Shown: piece after piece, positions 38,499 to 51,416 of the stretch
Numbering within the stretch: position 1 is the first letter of the stretch
Layout of the letters: each line of letters starts with the position of its first letter
Origin: Octopus vulgaris
Taxonomy: Eukaryota
Length of the DNA stretch: 64,000 bases
Direction: 5' to 3'
NCBI GenBank assembly: GCA_951406725.2
Contig: OX597838.1
Location: forward strand, 41,416,001 to 41,480,000
Notes under the pieces: model-generated
What the model was told of the DNA's origin: nothing
What the model saw: the letters and a program-made list of their open reading frames with translations, nothing else
Databases searched by the model: none
Translations under genes and position numbers: made by a program

Positions 38499-38903
38499 GG
38501 CGCAGCAGTGGCTGTGTGGTAAGTAGCTTGTTTACCAACCACATGGTTCCGGGTTCAGTCCCACTGCATGGCACCTTGGGCAAAGGTCTTCTACTATAGC
38601 CTCGGGCTGACCAAAGCCTTGTGAGTGGATTTGGTAGACGGAAACTGAAAGAAGCCCGTCGTATATATGTATATATATATATGCGTGTGTGTGTTTGTGT
38701 GTCTGTGTTTGTCCCCCTAGCATTGCTTGACAACCGATGCTGGTGTGTTTATGTCCCCGTTACTTAGCGGTTCGGCAAAAGAGACCGATAGAATAAGTAC
38801 TGGGCTTACAAAAGAATAAGTCCTGGAGTCGAGTTGCTCGATTCAAGGCGGTGCTCCAGCATGGCGGCAGTCAAATGACTGAAACAAGTAAAAGAGTAAA
38901 GAG
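38499..38903 (+). mobile_element. Full-length SINE family A
   Basis: Family A consensus. Confidence 0.92.
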
Positions 38904-39179
38904 AATATATCGTTGCTTGTTGTGTGTCCAAATTTGGCCAAATGCGTTTGTAGTAAGTCCCACAAATGACAATTTTGTAATAATATTTCTGACTGAAAAT
39001 ATCATAGATGCACGGAGTTACGATTTTATGCACCCAACAAAAGTATTATTGTTAAGCTGAAACTGTTGCTAATGTAAAAAGAAATGGTGATACTATTTTC
39101 AAGTTTTTTGAAAAAGCAACATTTTGGACTTATGACACTTTTGCATAATAGCAATGATATATACACACACACACACATT

Positions 39180-39630
39180 TTTTCTTTTATCTTTCAGTCA
39201 TTGGACTCTGGCCATGCTGGGGCACCATCGTGGAGAATTTTAGCTGAATGAATCAACTCCAGCACATATTTCAAGCCTGGTATTTTTTCTATCAGCTTCT
39301 TTTTCTAAACCATTAAGTTACAGGGATGTAAACACACCAACACCTGTTGGCAAACGCTGGAGGATAAACAGATACAAAGAAACATACACACAGACATATA
39401 AATACGCACACACACGGTGGGCTTCTTTCAGTTTCCTTCATCGAAATCCACTCACAAGGCAATACTAACATACATAGCACAAGCTTATTTCTGTTTCTGT
39501 TTATCAAATCCATTCACAAGGCTTTGGTTGGCTTCAGGTTAAAGTAAAAGACACATCCATAAGGTGCACACACACACAGTGGAATTGAACTCAAGACCAC
39601 ATGGTTGAGAAGTGAGCTTCTCGACCGCAC
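39180..39630 (-). mobile_element. Older SINE family A copy with a duplicated central domain
   Basis: Reverse-complement tail and head; TTTC(A/T)GTTTC..AAATCCA(C/T)TCACAAGG occurs twice. Confidence 0.7.
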
Positions 39631-39914
39631 GGTCAAGCATATACATCATCACACACCCATTCAAGATCAGTTTCTCTTGTTTTGTATAACAGCGAAATAC
39701 GCATGATTAATGCAGAATCTCTGAAAGACAATACATTATGATTCATTTGGGTAGAATGAGAATTAATAATTTAGGGATAAAGGATGGATGCCAGTTGTTG
39801 TTTAGGCCCAGGTAAACCAAGTGAGCTGACCTAGTATCAAAGAGTTCCAGTAAATCAAAGGTAATTCAATTCAATGTAACAAATTTTTTTTTTTTCTCTT
39901 TTTGAAGGTGGCAG

Positions 39915-40160
39915 TGTGATGATGATGGCAGTGGCGATGGTGGCGGTGGTGATGGTTGCAGTGACGATGGTGGCAGCGGCGATGGTGGCGGTGGCCATGG
40001 TTGCAGTGGCGATGGTGGCGATGGCGATGGTGGCGATGGTGGCGGCGGCGATGGTGGGAGTGGAGATGGTGGCGGCAGCGATGGTGGGAGTGGAGATGGT
40101 GGCAGCGGCGATGGTGGCGGTGGCGATGGTGATGGTGGCACAGGTGATGGTGGCGATGGT
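39915..40160. repeat. (GGC/GAT/GGT)n trinucleotide-based array
   Basis: Directly visible; a (CAG)n tract follows at 40911-40951. Confidence 0.95.
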
Positions 40161-40907
40161 GGGGGCTCAGCTAACAGTGTCAATGGTAAAGATTATTTTC
40201 TAACATTGGAACACACTCAAAACATTTTCTTCTGGGAGTGGGGTGGGGTACAAAGAGAGAGAGAGAGAGAGTTTGGTCTCTGAAATTGAGTCCAGTACTT
40301 GACCAGTACTCATCGACCTCAGGACGAAATGCAAAGTTGACCTCAGGACGAAATGCAAAGTTGACCTCAGAATGTAAAGGGTGCAAGCAAATACCACAAG
40401 ACACTCTCCTGGTAATAATATCACAGGTAACGAGGTGGTGGTAGTGTTTACGGTAACATTGTCAGTGTTGGTGAGGTGAGTAGTTAAGAGGACCCCAAGT
40501 CATCTTTTAACAGATCGCATTCAGAATAACAGCCAGTGTGTTGTTCTCTTATTTGAAGATGGCAAAATGATTTGGCTGCTGTTTCCAGCAAGTCGAATGA
40601 CTATAGAGGCTTCCCCCATGACAATTGGGCCCATGACAATTATTTAGTGGCAGGGAGGCTGGAAACAGTTACAATAATAGAGATGGGAAGACTGTAGCAG
40701 AAGTATGTGGCGGTGGGGGGTGGGGGGGATAGTCACCAGCAGTAGCGGGGGGGGGAGCAGTATATCGCGCGTGGCTTTTAGTGAGGGTGGTGGTATGGTG
40801 GCGGTGGTGGTGGTGGTGCGGTGGTGGTGGTAACAGTAGCCATAATGTTTCAGTAATATCAATAATGCTGGCAGTGTCAATAATCGTGGTAGAGAGATAT
40901 ATCGATG

Positions 40908-40953
<46 letters not shown>

Positions 40954-41173
40954 TGCCATTAGTGATTATTTCTAATGGAGAGAAATGATAATAGCAGAAG
41001 AGGGTAGCCATGTTGGACAGGTAAGAATAATAGGGAGGAGGAGGAGGGGGGGAGGAGGAAGCAGTGATGTTTATAGGAATGGCAGTATGGAGAGGTGGAA
41101 GGGGGGAGCGATCTTGACAGGAATAAATTATATATTCGAATAAAACAAGTTTTATTTTTAACATAAGAGGTAA

Positions 41174-41226
<53 letters not shown>

Positions 41227-41273
41227 TCATCATCGTTTAACGTCCGCTTTCCATGCTAGCATGGGTTGGACGG

Positions 41274-41320
<47 letters not shown>

Positions 41321-41430
41321 GCCTGCTCGCTTAGCCGGCAGGGTGTCGTCATTCGAAGGCTAAAACAATGCGAAGCGCATTGTGACCAGCGATGTGTAAC
41401 TACATCTGATGGACTGGTCGGTCACGTGAT

Positions 41431-41494
<64 letters not shown>

Positions 41495-41694
41495 CAAAGA
41501 CTAAACATACAAAATCGTTTTCACACACACATTTAGGTAGGCAATGAGTAGTCGGAGGAATAAAGAGACAAGGATGGTGATGGTAATGGTGATGGGTTAT
41601 AGATTAATAATAACCATAGTGGTTACTGTGCCAATTACGGAATTATTCTATTGTCAGCTTTTAGCAAAATATAAATAAAAAAAATCTATAATAG

Positions 41695-41856
41695 CAGGAG
41701 TGGCTGTGTGGTAAGTAGCTTGCTAACCAACCACATGGTTCCGGGTTCAGTCCCACTGCGTGGTACCTTGGGCGAGTGTCTTCTGCTATAGACCCGGGCT
41801 GACCAATGCCTTGTGAGTGGAATTTGGTAGACGGAAACTGAAAGAAGCCTGTCGTA

Positions 41857-41917
<61 letters not shown>

Positions 41918-42121
41918 TTGTCCCCCTAGCATTGCTTGACAACCGATGCTGGTGTATTTACGTCCCCGTCACTTAGTGGTTCGGCAAAAGAGACCGATAG
42001 AATAAGTACAGGGCTTACAAAGTATAAGTCCCAGGGTCGAGTTGCTCGACTAAAGGCGGTGCTCCAGCATGGTCGCAGTCAAATGACTGAAACATGTAAA
42101 AGAGTAAAAGAGAGTAAAGAG
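41695..42121 (+). mobile_element. Full-length SINE family A
   Basis: Family A consensus. Confidence 0.92.
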
Positions 42122-42434
42122 TATCAGTAGCATCAGGTTCGATGGTTGTTTCTTATTTTATTTTCCAATATTTTGTTTGTTAGTCTCTTTTATTTTTTTA
42201 TTTAAACTTTGTGTTTCGTAAAAGGCAAAAAGCAGGAAAATGGATGAATAAAAAATGTGAAATGGCTGTTGGCATAATCTTAGAAAACAGCCAGTAAAAC
42301 TGCAACTGGTGCTATGCAGAAATATATGCACACAAGGGAATTAATGGTAATATGCAACAACTATATGCAGAGCAACAGAAAATGTTAGATACAGGGGAAA
42401 GAGACGGTATACACTAGGACTACCATTAGCACCA

Positions 42435-42480
<46 letters not shown>

Positions 42481-42735
42481 CCTTCGAAACGTAGAGTAGA
42501 TGAAACCTTAGCGACTGAAGAAGGGGTTTTTTCTTTGTGTTAATTGTCCTGTACTCCATTTTTTTTTGTTTTTAAAAAAATGTCCAGTTCCTTTGGTTTG
42601 TGTCTATGTTTTCGTTTCTCTTTGTGTTCGACGTCCCTTTGGTGTCCTGTACTCATATATGCGTGTATATGTACATGTAGAGGTAGGTACGTACATATAT
42701 GTTTATATATATATGCATATGTTTTATTTCATTTA

Positions 42736-42740
<5 letters not shown>
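42481..42740 (+). mobile_element. Truncated non-coding element with hammerhead-like motifs inside a (TA)n tract
   Basis: CCTTCGAAACGTAGAGTA-GATG...ACTGAAGAAGGGG, then a T-rich body with GTCCTGTAC. Same motif order as 27775-27920. Confidence 0.5.
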
Positions 42741-42780
<40 letters not shown>

Positions 42781-43127
42781 GAGAATTTGTTTTGGGGTTT
42801 GGAAATACCACCTGAAACTAAAAAAACGTGTGGTCATTTTTAAATAGATTTATTCACATATCAAACTAGTTTTGACAATTTTTTGTTTATCAATGGTAGA
42901 AATATATTTTATAAAATGGAGAGGAGAGTAAGAGAGTTTAAAGATACAAGGTAAAAATTGGACAAACATGTTTAAACCATCAAATGTTTACAAAAATGTT
43001 AATGAGTTTCTGATAGTAATATCAATGGAAATGTTTGAAGATCATAACAAATATCCATTATTGAAAGTTCAAGTCATAATGAGTTTTTATCAAAAAGAGA
43101 GAGAGAGAAAAAGGTGAAGCACACACA

Positions 43128-43160
<33 letters not shown>

Positions 43161-43910
43161 ATACAAATCCTGATTTGAGTTCAGTAGATATTTCCAAATA
43201 TGATTAACTATGCCAAAATATATTTTCAAGTTCTCTCTCCCTTGAAAATATTATACTACAAATAAAAATAAAAAAAACCCTACTGACTACTCTAGGTAGA
43301 TACGAGTAACCAAGTGTAAATCGGGTTATATTTAGTAATAGCTTCATCAGATATGTCATCCAAGTTTCTCTCCATTCACTGTTTCGTTTTATTATCATTG
43401 GTTCAAGTCCTCACTTTATGTCGCCAGCTGAGCCTGATTTCTGATCTGAATCAGAAAAGATCAACATTATTATTACTGACACATACTCCAGTGACAGGAA
43501 AATGATTTTACAGTTCCATGGATATAACTAAAATTGGCCAAAATTCTAACTGGTCAACCACTGCTACTCATCCCCAAACCTAACTCTTTAGGTCCCCTGC
43601 AGTACAACTGGCAATACATTGAAGTTGTCCCTATGTTTATTTGTCAAGGTTGTTGAAAAATCGAGTGATGCAAAACTGTCCAACAGCCATGCCAACAAGA
43701 CTTCTATATCCAAACATTTGAGATTTTGCAAAACGAAACCTTTGCTTGGCACCAGCAAGTCACACCGACACTCGTAAGATTTTTTTGGACAACTAATATT
43801 GCAAGAATATTGGACAGCACTTCAATCTCAATAATATTCAGAGACAAAACAAGTCACTGGGACTTGACATACACAGCAGACGAAAATTATTTGAAATTTG
43901 ATAACCATTG

Positions 43911-44150
43911 GTGGCACGTTAAAAGCACCAACCGATCGTGGCCGATGCCAGACCCCACTGGCACCTGTGCGGGTGGCACGTTAAAAGCACCCACTACACT
44001 CGCGGAGTGGTTGGCGTTAGGAAGGGCATCCAGCTGTAGAAACACTGCCAGATCAGACTGGAGCCTGGTGCAGACCCTGGCTTCCCAGACCCCAGTCGAA
44101 CCGTCCAACCCGTGCTAGCATGGAGAGCGGACGTTAAACGATGATGATGA
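43911..44150 (+). mobile_element. RTE-tail repeat (family B)
   Basis: GTGGCACGTTAAAAGCACC twice, then GGAAGGGCATCCAGCTGTAGAAAC ... GGACGTTAAACGATGATGATGA. Confidence 0.88.
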
Positions 44151-44840
44151 TTGGCATAGATATGGCTGTGTGACCGAGAAGCTTGCTTCCCAACCACATG
44201 GTCTCAGGTTCAGTCTCAGTGCATGTCACCTTGGGCAAATGACTTCTACAGACACAGGCCAGCCAAAGCCTTGGGAGTGGATATGATAGATAGAAACTGA
44301 ACGAAGCCTGTCATGATGCTTGTACCTCCTTACATTGACTGCATGGGACAAATGTAAATGAGTGTCACTGTCATACAAGCATTCTTCCCAACATTCTGCA
44401 AGTGTCTGACCATGGATTATTACTTTACTTGGAAACAGGTGAGGGTTAATGACAGGAAGAGCATTCAGCCATAGAAAATCTTCTTCAATAAATGCCAACC
44501 AACCCATGCAAGCATGGAAAAGGACATTGAGAGTTTTGAAGACTTGTTGCTTTCAAGAAGCTGTCTTTCTGCATTTTATCTCAAAAGTAATTTTTTCATA
44601 TCATTATCATCATTTAACGTCTGTCTTACATGCTGGCATGGATTACACAATTTGATAGGAGAGGGCAAGGCTGGAGAGCCGCACCAGGATCCACTGTTTG
44701 TTTTGGCATGGTTTCTATAGCTGGATGGCCTTCCTAATGCCAACCATTTTACAGAGTGTACTGGGGTTTGTTTTTTTTTATGTGGAACCAGCATTGTTAC
44801 TTTTTTACCATCAAAATATTTAAGACTCTTGCAGCGACAC

Positions 44841-44875
<35 letters not shown>

Positions 44876-45175
44876 CTTGTCATATCAGTGCTAAATGGTT
44901 GAAAGTGGTGCTTCCCCATGGCCAAGCAGGTTTCCACTAAATATTGGAAACAAACAACACTGCTTGTATGACACTCAATTGCAACTCTCACACAACATCA
45001 AAACAAGGACACACAAATACACACGTGAAGGACTTCTTTCAGTTTTGCATCAACCAAATGCATTCACAAGGCTTTGGTTGGTTCAGAGATATAATAGAAG
45101 AAACCTGCCCAAGGTGCAACACAGTGGGACTAAAACCAAAACCAGTTGGCTGAGAAGCTCCTAGCTATTCATATG

Positions 45176-45308
45176 CATTATTTACAATTGACAGATATTT
45201 GTCCTCATCTTGTTTGTTGTTTCCACTGATATACCCTCCAGCCTTCATCAGGTGTCTTGGGGAAATTTCGAACCTGGATTCTCATTCCTAAGGTATTTTT
45301 TGATGTTG

Positions 45309-45345
<37 letters not shown>

Positions 45346-45420
45346 GCAAGTCACTGCCTGGAATCGAACTCGGACTCTTGGGGTTAGTAGCCCGTGCTCT
45401 TAACCACTACGCCATATGCC
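45176..45420 (-). mobile_element. tRNA-headed SINE-like element carrying a hammerhead core in its 3' half
   Basis: A box TGGCGTAGTGG, anticodon-like arm GGG-CTACTAA-CCC, B box GTTCGATTC, (AAT)n spacer, then GACAC-CTGATGA-AGGCTG-GAGGGTATAT-CAGTG-GAAAC (45219-45256). Confidence 0.75.
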
Positions 45421-45767
45421 CATGGACATGTTATTTTTCTGCCCTCACAGAAAAATAAGACCACTTTTTAGGCCACTGACAAAACAGTTGATTTTTTCAA
45501 TATCTTGGGATCTCTCAGCAGCTGCATGCACCCTTAACCCTTTGCCAGAGACCCTGCCTGGTTTTATGAGATAAATTTGCTTTAAAAGTGAGCTAAAACC
45601 CTTCCAGGAAAATTTCATGTTATGTTCCAAACACCAGTTTAGCAAAGTTATTTTACAAGGTGGTCATCATTTTCAAAATTACAAAATGAACTGTGGCCAT
45701 GTTGGGGCACTGCTTTAAAGGGTTTACAACAAATCAGTCCCAATATTCATTCTCTTACTTTTAAATC

Positions 45768-45941
45768 ATCATCATCATCGTTTAACGTCCGCTCTACATG
45801 CTAGCATGGGTTGGACGGTTCGACTGGGGATCTGGGAAGCCAGAAGGCTGCACCAGGCTCCGGTCTTAACTGGCAAAGTTTCTACAGCTGGATGCCCTTC
45901 CTAATGCCAACCACTCCGTGAGTGTAGTGGGTGCTTTTTAC
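45768..45941 (-). mobile_element. RTE-tail repeat (family B)
   Basis: Reverse complement of 43980-44150. Confidence 0.88.
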
Positions 45942-46611
45942 GGTTCTCATTTCATTGGTCTCTTGCCAGCTGCAGCTAAATTACAGTCATCATCATCATC
46001 GATGAAAGCAAACCAACATTGGTTGACAAGCAGTGGGGGGGGGTTGATACAAACATGCACACACACACAAATGTATATACAGACACACACATATTTCTGC
46101 GTGTATATATGTATGTATACATACACACACAAACATATCTATGTGAATATATATATATATATTTATATGTATATATATATATATACACACACACACATAG
46201 AGATATATAAATCTATATGCACACACATATAATAAGCTTCCACACAGTTTCTGTCTACAAAATTCATCCACAAAGGATCTGAAATTGTTCTAGCATTCCC
46301 CCCTGCCATCTGATGTGAGGGCATTGAGAGGGATCAGATGAAAAGTCCTTAAGACTTCCTAAACAATATTCTTCATCAAACGACAGCTTAATTAGGAATG
46401 GGACTGGCCCCTAAGACACTGTGGAAACCAAGTTTTGGGGTTTTTTTTTCATGGACCCAGAAACCCAAATGATGAAAGATTCAAAGAACATGAACATGAA
46501 GTGTTTCATTAAAGAAACCAAGGCTAGCTCACCAAAAGCACAGGGTCCCACACTATTAGGGATTATCTCATATTTTGTATAACAGAAAAGCACAGCATCT
46601 TTATGTTTCTA

Positions 46612-47250
46612 ATTTAAGCACAAAGCCAGCAATTGAGGGGAGGGGGGTTGATACCATCAACCTCTGTATTCGACCAGTATTTACCTTTTACTTCAGGCTC
46701 AATAAGACTAGGTTGACCAAAGCCAAAAGACAGGTTCAAGGCATCTTCCCAATGCTCGAACAATTCTGCCAGCTTGCCACGTTAATAATGATTTCTTATT
46801 TCGGCACAAGACCAGCAATTCTTGATGGGAAGGGGATAGTCAACACCAGATATATTTGACTGGGGTTATTTTATGAAACCTGCTAAGATTTGAACTCTGA
46901 AAACAAAAAGCAAGAAGAAATAATTCAAAACAATTCTTCCAATGTTTTAACGATTCCACCAACTTGCCACCCTATATAATAGTTCCAAATTATGGCACAA
47001 GGCCAGAAAGTTTAGGAGGAAGCAGCGCATCAAACCCGATACTCAACCAGTTTTTCATTTTAAAAACCAAAAGGATGAAAGGCAAAGTTGACCTTGGCAG
47101 GATTAATAATTCTTTCAAATTTTGGCACAAGGCCAGCAATTTTTTTTTGTGGTGGGGGTAGCTAAATACATCACACACCCCCACCAGGACATGACTGGTT
47201 TTTTATCTTATCAATCCCCGTAAAAATGGAAGGCAAAGTTGACCTCAGAA
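46612..47250 (-). repeat. Four head-to-tail decayed CORE-like SINE units
   Basis: GCACAA(G/A)(G/A)CCAG unit starts at ~46618, 46803, 46993 and 47123. Confidence 0.6.
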
Positions 47251-48244
47251 TAATAACAAATCATTATGGTTAATATTTTTTAAGAGTAACTAAAACCCCA
47301 AAATTAATCTTTTCCTGCAGAGTCGAGACTATCAACTAAAACTGTTTGACAAACTGCACTAGGTATTGAAATTATTCAGGATGATAAGGAATGGATTAAT
47401 GCCACTACACAGTGATAAATATCAAAGTCAATCCCAGCAACACCTGAATTCAGAACAGTAAGACATTGGAAATTGAATATTGCAACATATCTTAATCCGG
47501 ATTACTATTAACTCTCACTGACTAACAATAATATCTTACATAAGCTAAAAAGAGAACCTCTGTGTGGCTGCTTGATGTGCTAGATATAGCAGCCAAAATA
47601 ATATTAATATAATTTAAGGCCATCTTAAAGACAAGCTATGAATAATAAATTTAAAAAATTAAAACATACAATAACAGTTTCAGGTATGGTTGTGTGGCTA
47701 GGAAGTTTGCTTCACACCAAAATGGCTTCAGGTTCAATCCCACTACATGACACCTTGGCCATGTTTCTACTGTAGCCCCAAGCCAAACAAAGCTTTGTGA
47801 GTACATCTGGTCAACAGAAATTGAAAGAAGCCTGCTGTGTGTGTGTGTGAGGGGGGGTCTCCTTGTCTTGACGTCATGTGATAGTTGTGAGTGAGTGTCA
47901 ATATGTGATGTTTGTTTCCAGCTTTCATTAGAAAATATGTCCAACTATATTTTGCTTAGAAACAGGTGAGGGTTAGTGATAGGAAAGGCATCCAACTATA
48001 AAACTCCATTCAACCCATGCAAGCAGACATTATAATGGTCATGGGGGTCTGGGACATATTTGATCAAGGATGACCATATGACCACGTTTGTTAGAAAGGG
48101 ATATACAGAGTCCAACTTCACGCCCAGCAGACAATCGGTCAGTATTTTAAATTCAGAAGAATAGAAAATTGACAACAACAATATTTGGACTAAAGATGAA
48201 GACAGGTAAAGCTGAATCCAATCAGGAAGTCACCCAGGCCTTAA

Positions 48245-48467
48245 CCCTTTAGCATTTAACCTTTTAACCATATCCGGCCCAAATTTTCTCCTTCTTTTAT
48301 GTTCAAACCATCCAGATCTGGCCTCTCACTCATATCCTACAATGTCATCCTCAAAATAAAGCATCACATCATCAAATTCTCAGAGCTACAAGACAATGCA
48401 GGATTAATTCAAAACAATGTGAATAAATAAGGATTACTTTTGACAGAGTAATCTGAACACTAAAGGG
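48245..48467. mobile_element. piggyBac-like MITE
   Basis: TTAA|CCCTTTAG ... CTAAAGGG|TTAA. Confidence 0.85.
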
Positions 48468-48511
48468 TTAATCAGTTTTTTGTCACACATCTATGTTAAA
48501 AAAAAATAAAT

Positions 48512-48925
48512 AGGCACAGGAGTGGCTGTGTGGTAAGTAGCTTGCTAACCAACCACATGGTTCCGGGTTCAGTCCCACTGCGTGGCATCTTGGGCAAGTG
48601 TCTTCTGCTATAGCCCCGGGCCGACCAATGCCTTGTGAGTGGATTTGGTAGACAGAAACTGAAAGAAGCCTGTCGTATATATGTATATATATAAGTGTGT
48701 GTGTATATGTTTGTGTGTCTGTGTTTGTCCCCCTAGCATTGCTTGACAGCCAATGCTGGTGTGTTTACGTCCCCGTCACTTAGCGGTTCGGCAAAAGAGA
48801 CTGATAGAATAAGTACTGGGCTTACAAAGAATAAGTCCCGGGGTCGATTTGCTCGATTAAAGGCGGTGATCCAGCATGGCCACAGTCAAATGACTGAAAC
48901 AAGTAAAAGAGAAAGAGTAAAAGAG
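48512..48925 (+). mobile_element. Full-length SINE family A
   Basis: Family A consensus; partial copies also at 33295-33440, 36364-36515 and 49817-50065. Confidence 0.92.
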
Positions 48926-49061
48926 TATATACACAAACATTTACCAGCATACATACATCCTTGAATACCTACACAAATATACAGATACACAATATGTATT
49001 AATATAAACATGTCCATGGAATATATAGAGATGTAAAGGTACATATAAACAAATGTTTATA

Positions 49062-49202
49062 CAGCAAGCCTCAATACACAAGTTAATTCGTTCCTGGAGA
49101 ACACTCGCAAAGCGAAAACTCATAAACAGAAAATAAAACTTGTAAAAGCTCAAACACCTGGGGTCTCATAAAGCGGGGTCCTCATAATGTGAGGTATTAC
49201 TG
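49062..49202. mobile_element. Decayed Tigger-type MITE
   Basis: TA|CAGCAAGCCTCA ... TGAGGTATTACTG|TA. Confidence 0.55.
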
Positions 49203-49636
49203 TACATACATATGGATATCATCATCATCATCATCATCATGGATATGTATGTAGATATATGTACACGTGTACAATTACACCAGTACCTCCCTAACGCCTC
49301 CATATAACTGCATCTAGTTTGTCAGTTGCTTTGGTGATGTTCATAATGATTATAGACAATGCATTGGTTTACGTAGGGGGATAGCTATCTCCATGAAAAA
49401 CTAGGAAACGTTTGACATCAATAAGAATCTGATAATATTTGACTGTAATAAAGATTTTCCTCCATGTTCACATATATATGTATATATTTATACTTATGCA
49501 GGTAGCAAACTGCATCCTCTTGAAGCACATCTGTTTATTCCGTTATTACAATCAAGTATGTAGATGTTGTTGTAAGGTACATATTAGAGTTGAAAATTGT
49601 GGAAATATCGTTGGCAGAGTTATTATATAACACAAC

Positions 49637-49798
49637 AGGAAGTTGGAAATATTCTTTTGGTAATATTTATTCACCATTACACATGTTTCATTTGCTAATA
49701 GGAATTACAAAGTTTTGTACTACAAGTATAATTTTGTAACTTATTAGCAAATGAAACGTGTAATGGCGAAAAAATAACAAAATATTTTCCAACTTCCT
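49637..49798. repeat. ~160-bp foldback palindrome
   Basis: Nested complementary arms: AGGAAGTTGGAAA/TTTCCAACTTCCT, CATTACAC/GTGTAATG, GTTTCATTTGCTAATA/TATTAGCAAATGAAAC, TTACAAA/TTTGTAA. Confidence 0.85.
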
Positions 49799-50804
49799 AT
49801 TTTGTTTATAGATAGGCACAGGCATGACGACTGTGTGGTAAGAAGCTTGCCTCCCAACCACATGGTTCCAAGTTCAGTCCCACTGTGTGGCACCTTGGGC
49901 AAGTGTCTACTATAGCCTCAAAGCAACCAAAGCTTGGTGAGTGGATTTTGGAGACGGAAACTGAAAGAAGCTCATTATGGATATTCATATAATGTATTTG
50001 TATGTGTGTGTCTTTGTGTACATGTTTGTCCCTCTATCACCACTTGACAACCAGTGTTGGTGTGTAAAATAAAAGTGTATACCTGTATATAACACAATCT
50101 TACAAGAGACTTCTTTAAAAACCAAAGACTGGGAATTACCATTTTAGCATTTTTCAACAAGATCACTTTTCTCGTTAGAGCAGAAAAGCAATGATGCTGC
50201 CAAGGAATTTCTGAGGGTTTTAGCCTATACCAAACATAGAATGTCTTTTACTTCCTTTATCCAATACACCAAACAAGGTGTAGCTGAAACCACCCTAATT
50301 AAGACATCATGGGTCTAATTAGAAACGCAAAACATTCCCTCTATTGACAGAGCTTCACACAATTCCTACATCCTTCATGTTTTAGTTTCATTTCTTATAC
50401 CCACTCCATGTCGGTCCTATACATGTGTGTCTGTGCGTCATTTGTTATTCATGTGATAATAAAAACAGTTTCACATTAAACTGAAGGATTACACAATACA
50501 TTTGGTACAAATTCATTAATCTTTAACAAAAATAAGTATTGACAGTGACTTCAAAGTCTCAGTCACTTAAACCATCATTCGTGTCTGTATGTATATCATT
50601 GTTAAACAAGAATGTTGCTGACAGTAACTTTGAAGTTTTGGCCAGTTAAGCGATGCATGCATACACCAAATTAACAGGACGATGAAACAGTAAAATGACA
50701 GCATTAATAATAATAATAAAGATGACCAAAGCAACGCATATTCTTGGCTAAATTAGGCAATCTACTGGGCATCTTTACTATTAGTGTCACTATTATTAAA
50801 ATGA

Positions 50805-51103
50805 GGATGCATGACCTAGTGGTCTTGGGTGTTGCACTCATGACTGTGAGATTGTGGTTTCAATTCCTAGACTGGGTGGTGCGTTGTGTTCTTGAGTAAA
50901 ATACTTTGTGTCTTGTTGCTCTGCAATCACTCTGACACCTGATATGAGGTACACTGTGCACCTGCCCAGGCAACATCAATTAGATGGAAGCAGGTGAGCT
51001 AACGTACAGCACACACATTCAATCTCCAAACACAAATCACCTGTGCAAGGCTTTCAGCAAAAGGTGGAAGCTCATTTGTCGTCTCCAACAGCGGGGAGTC
51101 CAC
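50805..51103 (+). mobile_element. Decayed tRNA-derived SINE (family E)
   Basis: TGACCTAGTGG..GGTTTCAATTCC head, TTGTGTTCTTGAGTAAAATACTTT core. Confidence 0.7.
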
Positions 51104-51375
51104 CATTATCATAATATTGTCATTCGTTTTACCTCCAGGTAATGGCTTGCTATAACCATTCTAGTTGGTGCCTTTGTAAACTTTTGCCTATAAATATATG
51201 CACACACACATACATATACACACATGCACACACACACGCACACACAAGTGGACAAAAGTAGCACTCAATACAGATGGAATTGTATGAGTAACAGGTGGAC
51301 TTGGCTCCTTGTGTTAAAGTTTCATGCAAATGAAAGGGTATCCATCTCAGACATTCAGAAGTATATATCTATCTA

Positions 51376-51416
<41 letters not shown>

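Noticed and set aside
40315-40369. 24-bp tandem duplication GACCTCAGGACGAAATGCAAAGTT
   Set aside because: Slippage duplication within a CORE-like SINE relic; no spacers, not CRISPR-like.
50522-50652. Degenerate ~80-bp direct duplication (GACAGT.ACTT..AAGT)
   Set aside because: Two low-identity units only; no functional hint.
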